Shown here: piece after piece, positions 62,036 to 64,000 of the stretch | Layout: every line of letters starts with the position of its first letter | Position numbering within the stretch: position 1 is the first letter of the stretch | Assembly (NCBI RefSeq): GCF_016432865.1 | Contig: NC_067401.1 | Coordinates: 474,486,001-474,550,000, forward strand | Reading direction: 5' to 3' | Origin: Antechinus flavipes | Lineage: Eukaryota | DNA length: 64,000 nt | The notes under the pieces: generated by a model | What the model saw: the letters and a program-made list of their open reading frames with translations, nothing else | Database searches by the model: none | Told to the model about the DNA's origin: nothing | Program-made: the position numbers and the translations under genes

Positions 62036-64000
62036 TTTGTTTAAGCAGAATGAATGAGATTATCAGTCATTTGGTTATAAATTTATTTCTTTTTTCCCCA
62101 ATAATATTTTTATTTTTCCAAATACTTGTAAAGAGAGTTTTCAATATTCATTTCTGTAAGACTTTCTGCTCCAAATTTTTCTTCCTCTCTCTTTTACCTT
62201 CTTCCTCCTTCAAAACAGCAAACAATCTGATATAAGTTAAATATGTGCATTCCTTTTAAATATATTTCCATACGATTATAAATTTATCAAGTGCCCACTG
62301 TGCTCCAGGCTCTGGACTAAGCCGGAGTCTACAAAGAAGGGGCAAAGACAGATCTTGTTCTAGAGGAGCCAGTTGTCTAATGTGGAGGTAACATGTGAAC
62401 AATCATGGACTAGCAAACTGTTTATGGGATAGGATGGGAATAACAGGGAAGGGGTCAGAATTAAGAGCAACTGGGAATGACTTCCGGTAGGATTTTAGCT
62501 GAAGAAAGCCAGGAGACAGGATGGAAATAATTCAGGCATTGGGGCAGGGGTAGGAGGATGTATATGTGGAGGGTGGGGGAAGACTGCCAATGTCAATGCC
62601 CAAGTCTATAGATAGAGGAAACCTGTGGATCACAAGAGTATGTTGACAGAGAGGGGACTTCCTGGAGAGAAGTGACCCCTCTGCCTTAGAACTGGTCCCT
62701 TCCAGCAGAAATTCTTCTGTCATTAATATGCTAACTTTTCAAAGACAGCATCCAGTGCTCGAGTCCCCTCCCCTCCCCTATGGGATGGTCTTGCCACCCT
62801 CACCCACCCAGGGTTTCATCTACATTAATGCCAGTGAGATGTAACTACCAGCCTCCTTATGGGACTAAAAAGAACAAGCCATGTTTCCCTTAGCACACTG
62901 GCTTCCAAATTCACAGCTGGGCAGTGCCCTGTCTGTTCTAATGTTTCCTAGCCTGGGCAGCCCCAGAGGTGCCCGCTTTCTCAGCTATCTCTGAATGCCT
63001 CAGTGACCGCTGTTAAATTGTCCCTGTGTAATAGAGAAGAACCCCTGAGGGACCTGTCCAAATGTGTCCTCCCCATCGCCAGCCATTCTTCCTTTACCTC
63101 TCTTCTCACTATGACAACTGTGTAAGGGCAGGTGTTTGATTCTCTCTCACTTGTATTTAGGATTTTTTTCAAGCCTGGCCCACAGAATCGCAGAGCTGGA
63201 AGGAATGTGTAGGTGTAGGGGATGTTGGGAGTGGAGAGTGGTATCTGGTCTAACTGGCACCTGATCACCCTCACCCTTCTCTTTCTACAGCATCCATTCC
63301 TTGATCCACTCTAGTCATACACTTTGCTGCTTCCTCATTCCTACTTTTTTCATTATTTCCCTCGAGAATCCTAGACCTTTTGTTCTTTTAAATAAATTTT
63401 GTTATTTGGTCTAGTTCCATAATTGATATAGGACTGAATTTGTACATTTAATTTAAGCAGTGTCATCATTTGTATTCTATTGGCAAGATCCAGTCGCAAA
63501 CACTACCTCAAGTTATTTAAAAAGTAGGTTTTATTAATACCTTTTATTTTTACATAACTACACTTCCCACTTTATCCCTTTCTCAGTTACATCTCTTATT
63601 TTAAACAAAGAAAAGAATAATAAAAAAAAACATTCAGCAAAACCAGTTTTAAAAAGGCCAGATGTTATGTGGAGTATTCCATATCTGTGGACCCCACTTT
63701 CTGCAAAGGAGTCTGGAGGGTGATGTCTTCTTATATCTCTTTGGGGCCATACTTGGTCTTTATAATTTCACAAAATTAAATTTCAGTTGTTTTGTTGTGG
63801 TTGTTCTTTCCATTTGCAGAGGCCTCTGAGTTTCCTCTGAGACTAACTCTAATTTATTCTGTGTATATATGTATATACAATTATATCTAGAAATATCTAT
63901 GATAGATGTTTATCTATATGTACATAGCTATTTGTAGGCTATGTTGTTTTTCCCATCAGGATGTGAGCAAAGATTTTTGCCTTTCCTTGTCCCCAGCACA

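Noticed and set aside
57200-64000. RAB3B coding exon 2 (MASVTDGK...)
   Set aside because: Not found in the window; presumably further right, so RAB3B is called by synteny only.

Overview
Marsupial genomic DNA, most likely a dasyurid, judged from CORE/MAR1-type SINEs, marsupial L1 3' ends and an OC1-like hAT MITE. It carries the conserved BTF3L4 - TXNDC12 - KTI12 - RAB3B neighbourhood. BTF3L4 is on the minus strand (exons 1-5 present, last coding exon left of the window). It is head-to-head with a complete 7-exon TXNDC12/ERp18 (170 aa, WCGAC active site, C-terminal QDEL). Intronless KTI12 (353 aa) is nested on the same strand in TXNDC12 intron 2 with its own CpG-island promoter and polyA signal. 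A CpG island at ~55.7-57.2 kb is most likely the RAB3B promoter and non-coding exon 1 (synteny only; no RAB3B coding exon seen). The 38-55 kb intergenic stretch is repeat-dense: stacked old and young L1 3' ends, a ~1.75 kb tandem duplication with microhomology junctions, a CR1/L3 remnant and a hAT MITE. The most striking observation is that the Walker-A lysine of KTI12 (residue 14) is Arg, encoded by CGG, two substitutions from any Lys codon. No prokaryote-type system (e.g. CRISPR) and no RNA gene was found. Repeat family names and cross-species comparisons come from recall, not database searches.
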